Notes under the pieces: generated by a model
Database searches by the model: none
What the model was told of the DNA's origin: nothing
What the model saw: only the letters and a program-made list of their open reading frames with translations
Position numbers and translations under genes: made by a program
Assembly (NCBI GenBank): GCA_024704765.1
Contig: JAKMXF010000318.1
Location: 1 to 64,000 of the forward strand
Source of the DNA: Oopsacas minuta
Lineage: Eukaryota; Animalia; Porifera
Direction: 5' to 3'
Length of the DNA: 64,000 nt
Shown here: positions 1 to 13,476 of the stretch, piece after piece
Position numbering within the stretch: position 1 is the first letter of the stretch
Layout of the letters: every line of letters starts with the position of its first letter

Positions 1-2745
1 GACAGTATTGTAACTACTAATACAGGGAATGAAGCCACTAGTGAATTGACAGTTTCAAACTCTAGGAATATTCAAGAAGATTACCAATGTAGATCTACAG
101 TAGGTGCTAGTCAACAAACAGATTCAGATACTTATACATTTAACTTAACTTCACCTCCAACTCTTATGATAAGTGTCAATCCTGTGGATCCACCAATTCT
201 ATACGTCACACAAACTATCAACATTACATGTCAGGTTACTACTCTAGCTAGATTTCAAAGCGGATTACGCATTGTTTGGTATTACAATGGGAGCATTCTT
301 AATTCAAATGGCAGCGTTTCCATTTCAACCATGAACTTGACTGATACTACCACAGAGAGTACATTAACATTTGGAGAGCTTGTTCTTTCTAATACAGGAG
401 CATATCACTGTGTAGCACAAGTGGTAAGTGTTTTGAATTCAGAAGAAGGAATGTCAAGTATAACCAATATTCAAGTTGTTCAAATTCCTGCTCCTCAATT
501 CATTCCTATTCAGTTGGTAACAACACCACCTATCTATGTTAATGATGTCTTCACTCTTCAATGTAACTTCAGTACTGTACCTAATATTAAACCACAGATC
601 GTCATCAATTGGTACAGAAATGGAACATTATTAACTAACAGTGGTGGAGACAGTATTGTAACTACTAATACAGGGAATGAAGCCACTAGTGAATTGACAG
701 TTTCAAACTCTATGAATATTCAAGAAGATTACCAATGTAGATCTACAGTAGGTGCTAGTCAACAAACAGATTCAGATACTTATACATTTAACTTTACTTC
801 ACCTCCAACTCCTATGATAAGCATCAATCCAGTGGATCCACCGGATCTTTATGTCACACAAACAATCAACATTACATGTCAGGTTACTACTCTAGCTAGA
901 TTTCAAAGCGGATTAAGCATTGCTTGGTATCAGAATGGAAGTATACTCAGTACAAATGGTAATGTCCAAATTTCAATAATTAACTTGGATGATACTACCA
1001 CAGAGAGTACATTAACATTTGGAGAGCTTGTCCTTGGTAATACAGGAGCATATCATTGTGTAGCACAAGTGGTAAGTGTTTTGAATTCAGAAGAAGGAAT
1101 GTCAAGTATAACCAATATTCAAGTTGTTCAAATTCCTGCTCCTCAATTCATTCCTATTCAGTTGGTAACAACACCACCTATCTATGTTAATGATGTCTTC
1201 ACTCTTCAATGTAACTTCAGTACTGTACCTAATATTAAACCACAGATCGTCATCAATTGGTACAGAGATGGAACATTATTAGCTAACAGTGGTGATGACA
1301 GTATTGTAACTACTAATACAGGGAATGAAGCCACTAGTGAATTGACAGTTTCAAATTCTATGAATATTCAAGAAGATTACCAATGTAGATCTACAGTAGG
1401 TGCTAGTCAACAAACAGTTTCAGATACTTATACATTTAACTTCACTCCAGATACTCCTGTACCAAGTGTTAATCCAGTGGATCCACCAATTCTATACGTC
1501 ACACAAATTATCAACATTACATGTCAGGTTACTACTCTAGCTGTATTTCATAGCGGATTACGCATTGCTTGGAATTACAATGGGAGCATTCTTAATCCAA
1601 ATGACAACGTTTCCATTTCAACCATGAACTTGACTGATACTACCACAGAGAGTACATTAACATTTGGAGAGCTTGTCCTTTCTAATACAGGAGCATATCA
1701 CTGTGTAGCACAAGTGGTAAGTGTTTTGAATTCAGAAGAAGGAATGTCAAGTATAACCAATATTCAAGTTGTTCAAATTCCTGCTCCTCAATTCATTTCT
1801 ATTCAGTTGGTAACATCGACTCCTATCTATGTCAATGATACATTTACCCTTCAATGTCTATTCAGTACTGTGCCTAATATTAAACCACAGATCGTCATCA
1901 ATTGGTACAGAGATGGAACATTATTAACTAACAGTGGTGGAGACAGTATTGTAACTACTAATACAGGGAATGAAGCCACTAGTGAATTGACAGTTTCAAA
2001 CTCTATGAATATTCAAGAAGATTACCAATGTAGATCTACAGTAGGTGCTAGTCAACAAACGGTTTCAGATACTTATACATTTCACTTCACTTCACCTCCA
2101 ACTCCTATGATAAGTGTCAATCCAGTGGATCCACCGGATCTATATGTCACACAAACTATAAATATTGCATGTCAGGTTACTACTCTAGCTAGATTTCAAA
2201 GCGGATTAAGCATTGTTTGGTATCAGGATGGAAGTATACTCAGTACAAATGGTAGTGTTCAAATTTCAATAGTTAACTTGGATGATACCACCACAGAGAG
2301 TACATTAACATTTTTAGACCTTGCCATGGCTAATACAGGAGCATATCGTTGTACAGCACAAGTTCCAGGTGTTTTGAATTCAGAAGCAGTGTCTATTACA
2401 ACAAATGTTCAAGTTAATCAAATTCCTGCTCCTCAATTCATTGCTATTCAGTTGGAAACATCGACCCCTATCTTTGTCAATGATACATTTACCCTTCAAT
2501 GTCTATTCAGTACTGTACCTAATATTAAACCACAGATCATCATTGATTGGTACAGAAATGGAACACTATTAACTAACAGTAGTTTTGATAGTATTGTAAC
2601 TACTAATGCAGGAAATGAAACTACTAGTGAATTGACAGTTTCAAACTCTATGAATATTCAAGGAGATTACCAATGTAGATCTACAGTAGGTGCTAGTCAA
2701 CAAACAGTTTCAGATAATTATACATTTAACTTCACTCCACCTCCA
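1..2745 (+). repeat. Intra-exonic tandem repeat, 645-648 bp unit encoding two Ig domains, more than 4 copies, continuing off the left edge
   Basis: The marker GA(C/T)AGTATTGTAACTACTAAT recurs at 1, 649, 1297, 1942 and 2587 (periods 648, 648, 645, 645). Confidence 0.95.
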
Positions 2746-5700
2746 ACTCTAATTCAAGTAGGCATCATTTACAGAGATTTCGAGTATGATTTATTCGAAG
2801 GCTATACCTTTCATTTGCATTGTGATTTTATGACCCTGGGAATTTTCCAGTCCATGTTGCAAATAGTTTGGTATCGTGATAACATACAGATACACAATTC
2901 ATCAGATGATGTAACAATCATGACTGTGAACGAAGGAATGGATACCAAACAGAGCAAGATTACAATAGCAGATGCCAAATTAAACGATTCTGGTGCATAT
3001 TCATGTGAAGGTAGCATCGAACCATATACTAGAACAAGATCAGAGATTTACAATGTTACAATAAATTCAACTGACGAGATACCAGCCATTGATGTATCGA
3101 CAACAGATCACAGTACAAATTCTATCACGTTTCAATTGTCTACAAATACTAATATAGACGAGACTTACCTCATATATTATAGGCCTGCTGGAACTAGTGA
3201 ACCCTACAAAGTTAGTCCCACCATCTTAACTTTATCCATCACAATAGAAGATCTTCTCCCTGGAACGGAATATGAGTATATAGTTGAGACAACCACTCAG
3301 TTTGGATCTACCAATTCTACTTTGTATATTGTGTCAACAGTTACTCAACTTCCACCCACTGGTTACAATATTGTCGGACCAATAGCAGGAGCTGTATTAG
3401 CATTGGTATTCTTAGGAATTCTTGTGTTGGTTGCAATTTTCTTGATAGCCTTCGTGTATAGGAAGAGGGATAATAATAAGTACGTATTTCGCAGTCAAGA
3501 GGAGTATGACCATGCTCTTAGGGCTAGTGATAGACACAGGAGAGGTGAACGCAACCTTATAACTAAAAGTACAGGTGTGGAGCTAAATGTCGGAAGCAGT
3601 GCTTTGTGTCAGAAAAATGTAGAAATATATGATGAGTCAGATGGCAAAAGAACGAGCACATTCAGGAAATCGATGGAGGTGCAGGAAACAGTTATGGTTA
3701 ATCAAGAACAAGGAGCTCGAGCTGAGCCGCTATATGAAGATTTCACATACGAAAGATACAATGTACCAATTGCAATGTTCTCGCAGAGAGTACTTGAGTA
3801 TCATCTTGCAAATAATGCAGAATTCGACAAACAATATTCAAGTTTCAAAAAAACTTTCATTCATGATGTTACAACAGGTTCAAACGTAGTGAATAAACCG
3901 AAAAATCGGTTTGCGAATATTATTCCTTATGAGCATTCGCGAGTGAAATTGTCCTTTACTGGTGAGAATTACTCTGACTACATAAACGCTTGTTACGTTG
4001 ATGGTTACTACAGTCCCCAATCTTATATTGCATCGCAAGGACCTATGCCTCATACAATTTATGACTTCTGGAGGATGATCTGGGAAAAGAATATCGAACA
4101 CATAGTAGCACTAACTCGTGTACTGGAAGCATTAAAGAAAAAATGCGAACAATATTGGCCTGAAAATGAACACGAGTCATGTTTATACGGTCCGATGGAG
4201 GTAACGTTGAAAAGGATTGAACGTTACACATCTTATGATATCAGAATTTTGGAAGTGAAGCATGAAGATTATGATAACGAAATTCGTGTTGTGATCCAGT
4301 TCCATTTCACCATGTGGCCTGATCATGGCGTGCCTATATTTTCAAGCTCTCTATTGACCTTCATAAACCATACGAAGGAATTTCACATACCTGGCAAATC
4401 GCAATCTCCGATTTTAGTTCACTGCAGTGCTGGGGTTGGGAGGACAGGTACTTTCATTGTACTGGACTATTTCTTAGAACATCTGAAGAAAAACGATAAA
4501 GTCAACGTTTACAAATTTGTAGCTCAACTTAGAGAAAGTAGGTGTCTTATGGTGCAAACCAAAGATCAATATATGTTCATACACGATGCTATACAAGATA
4601 TTATCACTTGTAAAGATACTTTTATTGAAGATCATGAATTTCCATTGTACGTGGAGAATGCCTTCATTCGCGACCTCAATACAATGGCCACACCATTTGA
4701 GGACAAATACGAACTAATTATGAAGACAAGTCGAATTATAGACCCTAGAGATGTCCAAGAATCTTCTAATCCAGCTAACGTAATGAAAAACAGATATCCT
4801 AATTTTGTACCGTTCGATTCGCATCGCGTTACAATAGTTCCTGATCAAGATTGTGATACGGATTACATAAATGCTAGTTTTGTGCATAGCTATCAAAAGC
4901 ATAAAGGATATATTGCAGCACAAAGTCCACTCGATTCCACTGTGTTTGACTTTTGGAAGATGATAACTAAGTATAGAATTCAGCTAATTGTGATGTTGTC
5001 AGAATTGGTTGAAGATGGACACGAAATGTGTGCGGAATATTGGCCAGAAGAAGGGAAAGAAATGCTTGTTAAGTACCTAGTGATTCGCTGCGAAAAGGAA
5101 GAAGTTTTCGATGATTTTGTTAGAAGAAAGCTTTCGATGTCTACGCAACAGGTTTGTACTTAGTTTATATTTTTGAAGTATTTTGTCTTACTTAACGATT
5201 TAGTAATTGCGGAACTTTATACTCCACGGTTAAAACTAATTCCGCAATCGAAAGCTAAAGTCAAAACCGACTTTATATTTTCTTGCTCATATTGTAATGA
5301 ATGTAGCATTTCAGACAATTTCAATCGGTTTTCTTATTACATTTCTTGCAAGGAAATATAGTTATAAAAACCGGTTTCGGCTCAACGGACTGTATACGAA
5401 TAATATTTCCTTCCGATAGGGCGGAATCAACCAAACTATTCATCAATTACAGTTTAAGAAATGGAAGCTTAACGAGCTACCAGAAATATCAGACCTACTC
5501 TCATTATATAATCAATTCACTCAAGTTGAGAGAGGTATCAAGTCGAAAGAATCACCCCCAATACTTGTACACTGCGACAACGGTGTTACACGTACCGGTA
5601 CGTTTATTGCCAGCATAAATAGTATACAACAACTCCAACTCGAAAGGAAAGTCGATATCTTTCAGATTGTCAGGAATTTGCGTAACTCAAGGCCTTGCAT

Positions 5701-5794
5701 GGTACCAAGTTTAGATTTGTATATTTTGCTCTTTAAACTTATTTCAAAGTATATTCAATCCTACGAAGAGAAGGCTTATGCGAATTTTGTATAA
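1..5794 (+). CDS. Receptor-type protein tyrosine phosphatase: at least 9 Ig domains, FN3, TM, PTP D1 and D2. 5'-truncated; join(<1..5151,5420..5794)
   Basis: The frame is open from base 1, so the track's TTG start at 46 is not the real start. Motifs: Ig C..W..YxC repeats; FN3 (LLPGTEYEYIV); TM (IAGAVLALVFLGILVLVAIFLIAFVY-RKR); D1 with WPDHGVP and HCSAGVGRTG. A phase-0 GT-AG intron at 5152..5419 restores D2 (TIHQLQFKKW...HCDNGVTRTG), ending AYANFV with the stop at 5792-5794. Confidence 0.93.
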
Positions 5795-6416
5795 GGGAAC
5801 ACGCTTTGAATCTTTGATAGGTTTTTCGGTTTTTTGTCTATATTTATTTGAATGATAATCCCCGATTAAGTTTGATTGTTTGTAAATATATGTACATTAC
5901 CTTTTTGTGTTATTTGAATTGTATAATCCATTGTTGAAGAAATATTTATAAAGATATGTATATTTATTTTCATGAACCAAGTTTTTTACAAGAATTATCT
6001 GTTAATAGATTTAGGTTGAAGGTAAGTGTATATTCACACATTTTTGGGACAATATATTTTCCTAGAATTGTTTCCAGTTGGTAGGCAGAGGTATTTGAAT
6101 GCGTAGAGGACAATTTCAACGAAGAAAGTTTCATTATTTTACCACAATCTCGGAAATTCTTAAAAAATAATTTACATGAAAATTGCTATATATCTGTGAG
6201 TGCAATTGGACGAAAAGTCTAATTATTCCACATCTCTCATTGTTATAATATCAACAATATATCTAATATTACAAATCACTCGTAAAAGAAGTACAAATGA
6301 ATAATAGTGTATATTATGTACTCATCAACATCAAAGTGATTACACATAAATACTCTATCAATCAATACAACTTGGCCAGCTCAAATTAAACAATCTAACA
6401 GATAGATAGTTATAGG

Positions 6417-9400
6417 TTAAACAGGGCAGCTTGACGTAGTTGTGTTGCTTCCAGAACTTGGGGAATATCTGGTTTGAAGCTCAACATATCTTGAAACAGG
6501 TTGTACACGTCGATCAAGTGAATTTATATTCAATTCGAGTGAATCTAAATGGCAATTTTTCTTCTGACAAGGGAAGGTATGATCTCGAAACATTTTAGAA
6601 AGTGTGTATGTTGATACAACAGTCATAATGATAATTATGACAACCAAAATCAGTGTAAACACACCTGTTATTGAGTATAGTATCAACATATTTGTGCTTA
6701 AATGTCCATCAGGATTAGAAATATGATTATTAACTTGTAATTGGAATTCTGAATAAGTCATTATTTGCTTGAGATGGAAGAGAGAAGGATGTTGTATTGA
6801 CAGTAATATTGCAATAGTTTCTTGTGGAGATTTGAATGTGTGGTATGGATTGTTGCTATCTGTTCCTGATGCGGTTATAACGAAATATGTCCTAGAAAAT
6901 AGTAAATATATAAAAATGGTTTGTATTTCGTACTGTAGAATTCGCTTTTTAGCAAGTTGTATTTGTACGAAATTCCCTTACTATGTACGCAATGTGCGAA
7001 TTTGCTATTAGAGGAACTGGAATTATTTCAATATAAAACATTATTAGCTAACCAGAAATAATACATGTAATTCAAAGTACTAAAAAACTTACAATCCATC
7101 AAGGTAGCGGTCATGTGTGTAGAATTGTAATGCTCTTTGGTCGTGTTTAACGGTAAGTTTGTATTCAAAATAGGAGCATATTGTTTGAGGATTTTGATTT
7201 AGAGAGTTGTTAATCATGAATACAACTGCGTAATCTTCTAGCCAGGATGGTAAGTTATTGATATCTTGTTTCTCTAGCGACCTGCAGGTGTCAATTTTCG
7301 CATCACAAGGCCCTAACGTACATTCTAATTCAGTTGATACACATTTGCATGACTGACATACTTCCGTTGTAGAAACAGTATCTACGTCATCATGGTATAT
7401 CGTGTGTATTACATTGCCTTCATGAGTCAATTTCCCATTTGTAAGTTCACAAGCATCTAATGTTACTTCTATAATAGCAAATAATTAGTATTAATTCATA
7501 GATAATACAATTATAAGTTTCAAATAATGCAATCGAAAATGACAATTTTATTTGATTTACACTCAACTCCGGTTATATTGAACCTCAAAGGATCGCGATA
7601 ATTACTTAGATATTAGCAAAATTCGACTGATGAGATTAATTTTTCTTTGAAGGTTTGGACAATATTTATGCAATTTTAGACTTCGAAATAAGTGTGTATT
7701 TCGATATATTCCTAGAGATTGACTATACTAAACTTACCATCACTGCACTTAGGACAACATTGTCCAGGTTGTATTGTAGATAATTTGCATCTGAGTTGTG
7801 GACAGCTCTCCTCTTCACACATAGTAATACCTTTCTGTAAGCATGTACAGCTCTGACATCCGTCATCCCAGATAGCTCCCACTGGTTGATGTGTATCATT
7901 ACTAGATATACAGTAATTCATTCCTAGTGTTTCTAATGGTGGATTTGTTGTATCTGAATTTGGGGTCTAAAACATATGTATATAATATGGAAATTATGTT
8001 TTTAGGAATTATTGGCATTTTTACAATTTATGCAAAACTGAGTTAGAAAGACTTACATTTACAATATCATTGGTATCGTTTGCAGTGCAAGAAGGACAGC
8101 ATTTACCTTCCATGACAACCTGATTGGCGGCTGGGCATGGGAGGGATGGACAGTTATTCCGTATGCATACAGTACGTCCTCGTGCACAAATACAGTTATG
8201 ACAAGAATCTGGATACCAAGTCTCATCTTTGAAATGTAATATCCCTCTGTGAATGCAGGTTTCGTTGTGGACTATAAAAAATGTATAAATGCTTTCACAA
8301 AAATTTGTATATAAATTCAATGTTTACCTGGTACACAAATATCCTCATTACAACAGGAGCCTGGTTTTCCATCTCCCAGACTCTCCCTTACCCTGGTGAA
8401 ACCGTCAGGACAATTAATGACGTCACAATGTAAACAAACGCAATCTTGAGTCTGCTCATCCCAAACTGAATCTTCCGGGCAGAGTGCATTAGTTAAATTA
8501 TCTAAGAAAATGACATTTATAAAGTCAACAATATTGAACTTTGACAGATGTTAGATTGACAGATAATTACACTGCACTGATTCAGGCCTTATCAGTTCAA
8601 GTCAATTTGTTTCTTATTTTTAAAGGAATTTGTGATTCATGTTTCCAAAGTTTCTAGTCATCTTGGTTGCAAAAATTAATCATCTTTGAATACAAAAGAT
8701 AAATAAAAGTAGCATTAGCTCGTTAATTAGGTTTCAGCAGTACGGGAAGTCCTTAAATAATGACGAATACCATCATAAGTACATTTAATTATACATGATA
8801 TTGTGCTAGTTCTCTTGGTAATCATTATAAGACAGGATGGCATTGAAAACCATGTATATTATATTGTGAAGCCAATCCAACATTCAAGATACAATAATAG
8901 AAGAATGTGTCACGTATTTTCTTGCATGAGTTAACTGGTTGAAACTCAAAAAGTTAAATAAAATTAATATTTACTCCGAAGAGCAACAAATTTTTTTGAT
9001 AAAAAACTATTTGTTAAAGAATCATCCCAAATATACTCAAGTTTTTTGAAAATATTGCAAATATAGGCAAGTTTCGAATTCTATATTTGGAAATTTTTCG
9101 TCCGAGAAAGGGAATGAATTATATCATTAGGTAACTAAGAAGAGTACAGCTGGGTAAGTTATGTTGAGTCAAGTGTCTATGTTAAATTATAATTAGATTT
9201 GTTTGGGATTCCTCTCGTATATTCAAGCTGACAATAAATTTCCATCATAAAGATAAACAATAATAGTTACATAATGTTGCAATATGGCAACTAAAAGTAA
9301 ATACATGAATTTGCAACCGTGTTTTACAGCCAAAAAGTACTATTTCCATTTTTACGTTTGATAATATTTAAAGATAGCTATGACCATGCGAATTACAAGA

Positions 9401-12400
9401 AGTAAGAAATTAGGCGCCAAACGAGAGCTCGAAAGTGATACTGATGGAAGCCAAGAAGAATTATCACAGAATAAGAAAGTGAAAGTTTCTCCAGAATCAC
9501 CAATGCAAATTACTACAATCAATCCAATAAAAATGTGTTTGTTTTCGACTCAATTACGAACCAAAATTACCCCAAAATTCGCAGAAAATAACACTATCGC
9601 TTCAATACTAAGCTTACCTCACCCGAAAACAGGCCACGCGACTACTTTTGCATTAACAACCGATACAAATGAGCTCTGCGAAATAAAAATTTTCTCGAAA
9701 ACATACAAAACAATACTAACTCCAAATAGAATAATTAGCAGACCTAATATCTACTTCATAACACCATTTGATCCGATTTTTATCCTCCTCGCCCTGTTAG
9801 AAACACAAAATTCAGATCATTACTGTTTGATAGAGCAATTGCTCTTCAATACAGAGTTTGAAGATCTTCGAAAAATTATTCCAACTTTCAGTCAATATGT
9901 CATTGAACTTATTTGTGATACGAAAATACATGACGGCCAAATTGCATGCAAGTATAGCAAAGAAAAAACTATGTCAACGTTAGAATCAAAAGTGCAAAGA
10001 GTCGCAGAAAGATTACAAAATCTTGATTCTTTTCAGTCATGTTACAAATCAATTGTTTCAACAAAAGATGGTGCATTAAAGTATGCGATCAGTTTGGTAA
10101 ATGAATACCTAACTAATAAACTATCGGGAGATCTCGCTATACATTTAGGTCTGACAGATTACAGTCATTTAATAGCAGAATGTGAACAAGAAGTTAGAAA
10201 AATGCAAGTCGCTTCTGTTACAGAAGTTGAAACGAAAAAAGGCACAAAGAAACAACCTCCAAAGAAGCAGTCCAGAGCAAAGAAGATGTTAGAGAATACG
10301 GATAAATCTGGAATGAAAAGTTTATCAACTTTCTTTACGAAACCCAAAGATTAGTAGCTATTTGATTGAGTTAATAATTTACCTTAGAATTGGCATATCT
10401 AATCACTTTATTATTAATAAATAATTAATGTAGAGCAGATATATTATTTCATCAAAATGTGTGGTAATATATTTAGAGGTTAATTTATAAATAATTAAGG
10501 CGATTAGGTGGATTGGATAAGATTTATCAAATCGTAGAAACGTAGTATATATTTTATGTATGTAATTACAAAGACTTTTTAATCAAGCACGAGTAATTTT
10601 AAAGTGAAAATATGACCATTTATGCGTTAGATATCAAAATTATTCGGCTGTTCGCACTCACAACTTGACCACATAAGTACACACTAGCATTTAATTATGG
10701 CATCTTCGGGTATATGAAATTGCAATACAAATATTATTCCTCAATACTACACAATACGTATATAGGTGGACTACTAGGCATATGTCATATTTTCAAATTT
10801 CAACATGTACAGTGAAACAAGCTTATAACTAACACGCAGTAGCGAATTCACGGATATAATGAAGTATTCCTACAGACTCGCGGTTATTGCTAATAAATTT
10901 CACCCTTCTGAATAAGTTCCACTACACAAGTGTGATTATTACGAATGAGTTCGCTATAAGCGTGTTCACTCTAAATGCATAGAGATTAATAGTTGGGAAA
11001 ATAATTGGTTCATTTTAGTACAAAACATCAACAAGTATTTTAGAAATTCTAGAGTGACTAAAATACAAATAATAAAAATATAGCTATGGTAATACTCACC
11101 TCTGTATGGCATACAAATGTATGTGTCACAACATTCACCAGATAATGCTGCTGGCATTATCATAACTGCTAACTCATTATCTCTACATGTAGGGATCTCA
11201 CAGGTTGATCTTCTGCACACACATTTTCCAGAAGTTGGACAACAATTTCTGATATTTCCAGGTTTGTAAATTTCTCCTTCTTTACAATCAATTGGATGAT
11301 CTTCGATACAAATTGCATTGTTGCACTCCAAATGGTCCCGATCAATATCTAGAATGAGTAATCGTAATAATATCGCTGATTATCTAATTTGTCAGTTCAG
11401 TTTTACTATGGCATATAATTACATAATAATGTAATTGCATAGAGAAGCTAGTCCAGCTAATTAGTACAAGCTTTTAAACAGGATTCAAATATTATTACAT
11501 ATCTTGGTTACCAAACGGACACTTTGGAATTTAACAACCATTGGATAAATAGAGTATTGATTTTCTCATAATTTCATAGTTGTAGAAAAATGCGTCAACT
11601 CTTAATTATTATTTATTACCTTGGCAAGTGCCTTGTTCTGAATATGGATCATCTCGCATGCAAACTAATGAGTATAAACATCTCCCAAGTCCAGGACCAC
11701 ACGCTTCTCCTACGAATTTGGGACAAACCTAGCGGATTAGAAGGTAAATAACAACAAATAAAATAAGTGTGAAATATGCCATAAATATTCTGAAACCATC
11801 AAATAAACCTAGTTTAAAATCCATCGATATGATAAGTGTGGAAATTAATTACAAATATTTCCGAACACCTTGGAGAAATTTAAACAAATTATAATGGCAA
11901 AAATTAGTTAGGAAGTAAAGTGTCATATCAGAGAGGCCACACTCGTTAAAACCAGATAAAATCAACTTAGTGTAGAATCAACACGCCGTTAGGAAACCTT
12001 AACACTACAAAATGACTTCTTACTTAGATTCTAATTCAAAGGTTTTGTTGCTAGCGTAGCCTGCTTCTCCGATAATTCTATACTAATTGAGGACTACTTA
12101 TATCTGATTTACTAAATGAGCAATGCATTAGAACAATTATAATGCTATTATCATTATTGACTGTTAGGGAATTCAATATATAGGAGGTTCATTTAAATGG
12201 AAATTTTCTATTGTTCTTCAATCAGACTTGAGTACTCTGTGTAGACATTTGTCTGAGGGTAGTTAGATTATTACTACTTAGCTTTAATAATCCCTAATTA
12301 CACATATTTGTATGGTAGTGCAGTAGTAGGATTAATTCGTCTTTATTTTATGCTCGAAAAAACTGAGTAATTTACTTGTAAAATACACTTTTTTTGAAAT

Positions 12401-12781
12401 AATTTTGTTATAATACTATCCTGCAAGAATTGTGAGGGATTTCAAATTTAACTTCGACTCAAAATCAAATGATCAATCCAGCAATATTTATTAGAAATAA
12501 TTATCAAAAACTAATAATACAGCAAAATAATACATTAAAATTGGTTTAGAATGAAACTTTTTGTTAAAATAATACAAACTAATTTTACTTAAAAATATCT
12601 ATCACAAATAATCTAATATGTAACTCACCAAACAACAATTACATTCATCTAATACTTTATTAGATTGCGTACAAGATGAGTCAACTGGAGGACAATTATC
12701 TTCAATACAAGTTGGACAATTCCCTTCAATACAAAATGTATTGTATGTAAGTAAAAACACTATTATTAGTGACAAATACAT
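6417..12781 (-). CDS. CRIM1: CRIM1-like type I membrane protein (signal peptide, IGFBP, Cys-rich and VWC repeats, TM), about 659 aa. Exons 12629-12781, 11620-11728, 11100-11348, 8328-8501, 8057-8271, 7738-7966, 7093-7468, 6417-6891
   Basis: Eight exons, all GT-AG with matching phases, total 1980 nt. Signal peptide MYLSLIIVFLLTYNTFC. IGFBP pattern DECNCCLVCPKFVGEACGPGLGRC. GECCDTYIC repeat. VWC motifs WYPDSCHNCIC..CCPSC and WDDGCQSCTC..CCPKC. TM ILYSITGVFTLILVVIIIIMTVV. The orthology call is from memory of the family. Confidence 0.78.
9380..10354 (+). CDS. RNASEH2B: Ribonuclease H2 subunit B, nested antisense in intron 3 of the CRIM1-like gene
   Basis: Motifs LPHPKTG, ITPFDPIFILL and LESKVQRV, plus a C-terminal PIP box GMKSLSTFF; intronless 324 aa. 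Confidence 0.9.
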   Translation: MTMRITRSKKLGAKRELESDTDGSQEELSQNKKVKVSPESPMQITTINPIKMCLFSTQLRTKITPKFAENNTIASILSLPHPKTGHATTFALTTDTNELCEIKIFSKTYKTILTPNRIISRPNIYFITPFDPIFILLALLETQNSDHYCLIEQLLFNTEFEDLRKIIPTFSQYVIELICDTKIHDGQIACKYSKEKTMSTLESKVQRVAERLQNLDSFQSCYKSIVSTKDGALKYAISLVNEYLTNKLSGDLAIHLGLTDYSHLIAECEQEVRKMQVASVTEVETKKGTKKQPPKKQSRAKKMLENTDKSGMKSLSTFFTKPKD

Positions 12782-13476
12782 TATTTTGCAATGTATATTG
12801 ATATATTGAGATAATGGGTCATAATATTAGCTGATTTATACTAGTGAAGTTGTGGATGTGGACTATGGACACAATTATGATGATCTACATAATTGTACGG
12901 TGATTTATATCTCTTATTGTTAATTACTAGTTAACTGATTACTAATCAAAACAATTACTCAAACTACTTAGATATATTTCTTAGTATATTAATAAATACG
13001 TAAGATTTCGCTTTCTGCTTATCGCCAATGACAGCTCGTATAGTATACCAACTTTGAACAATAGAATAATTAATCCTACTGAATGACAATCGAGTCTAAT
13101 GGACGATAAATAAACAGATTTTCCAATTAATTATACAAGGGGGTACAGTAAATAAACCGATTAAAAGTAGAAGAGAATCATTATAATTGAGTACAACGAT
13201 TTAAGCCAGCCAAACAACGAAGGAACAGTCGCTTAATCTGTATTATTGTACTTTCCATATGTCAAAGTATGGTATTCTTTCAAGCTATTATGGAGAAGTA
13301 ATTACAAATAAGGGAAAATCTGAATCTCACTACTATACACCCGTGATTTTGCATAATAAGTAAACAAATAAGACTTTAACTGTAATATTATTACAAAATC
13401 AATAGAGAGGACAGTACATAAAATAAATAAGAAATTCGGGAATAGATTAGCAAAAAAAGTATAAATATACGAATAT

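Noticed and set aside
5173-5618. Track ORFs 5173..5361 and 5346..5618
   Set aside because: The first lies in the RPTP intron; the second starts in the intron and overlaps the real last exon in another frame.
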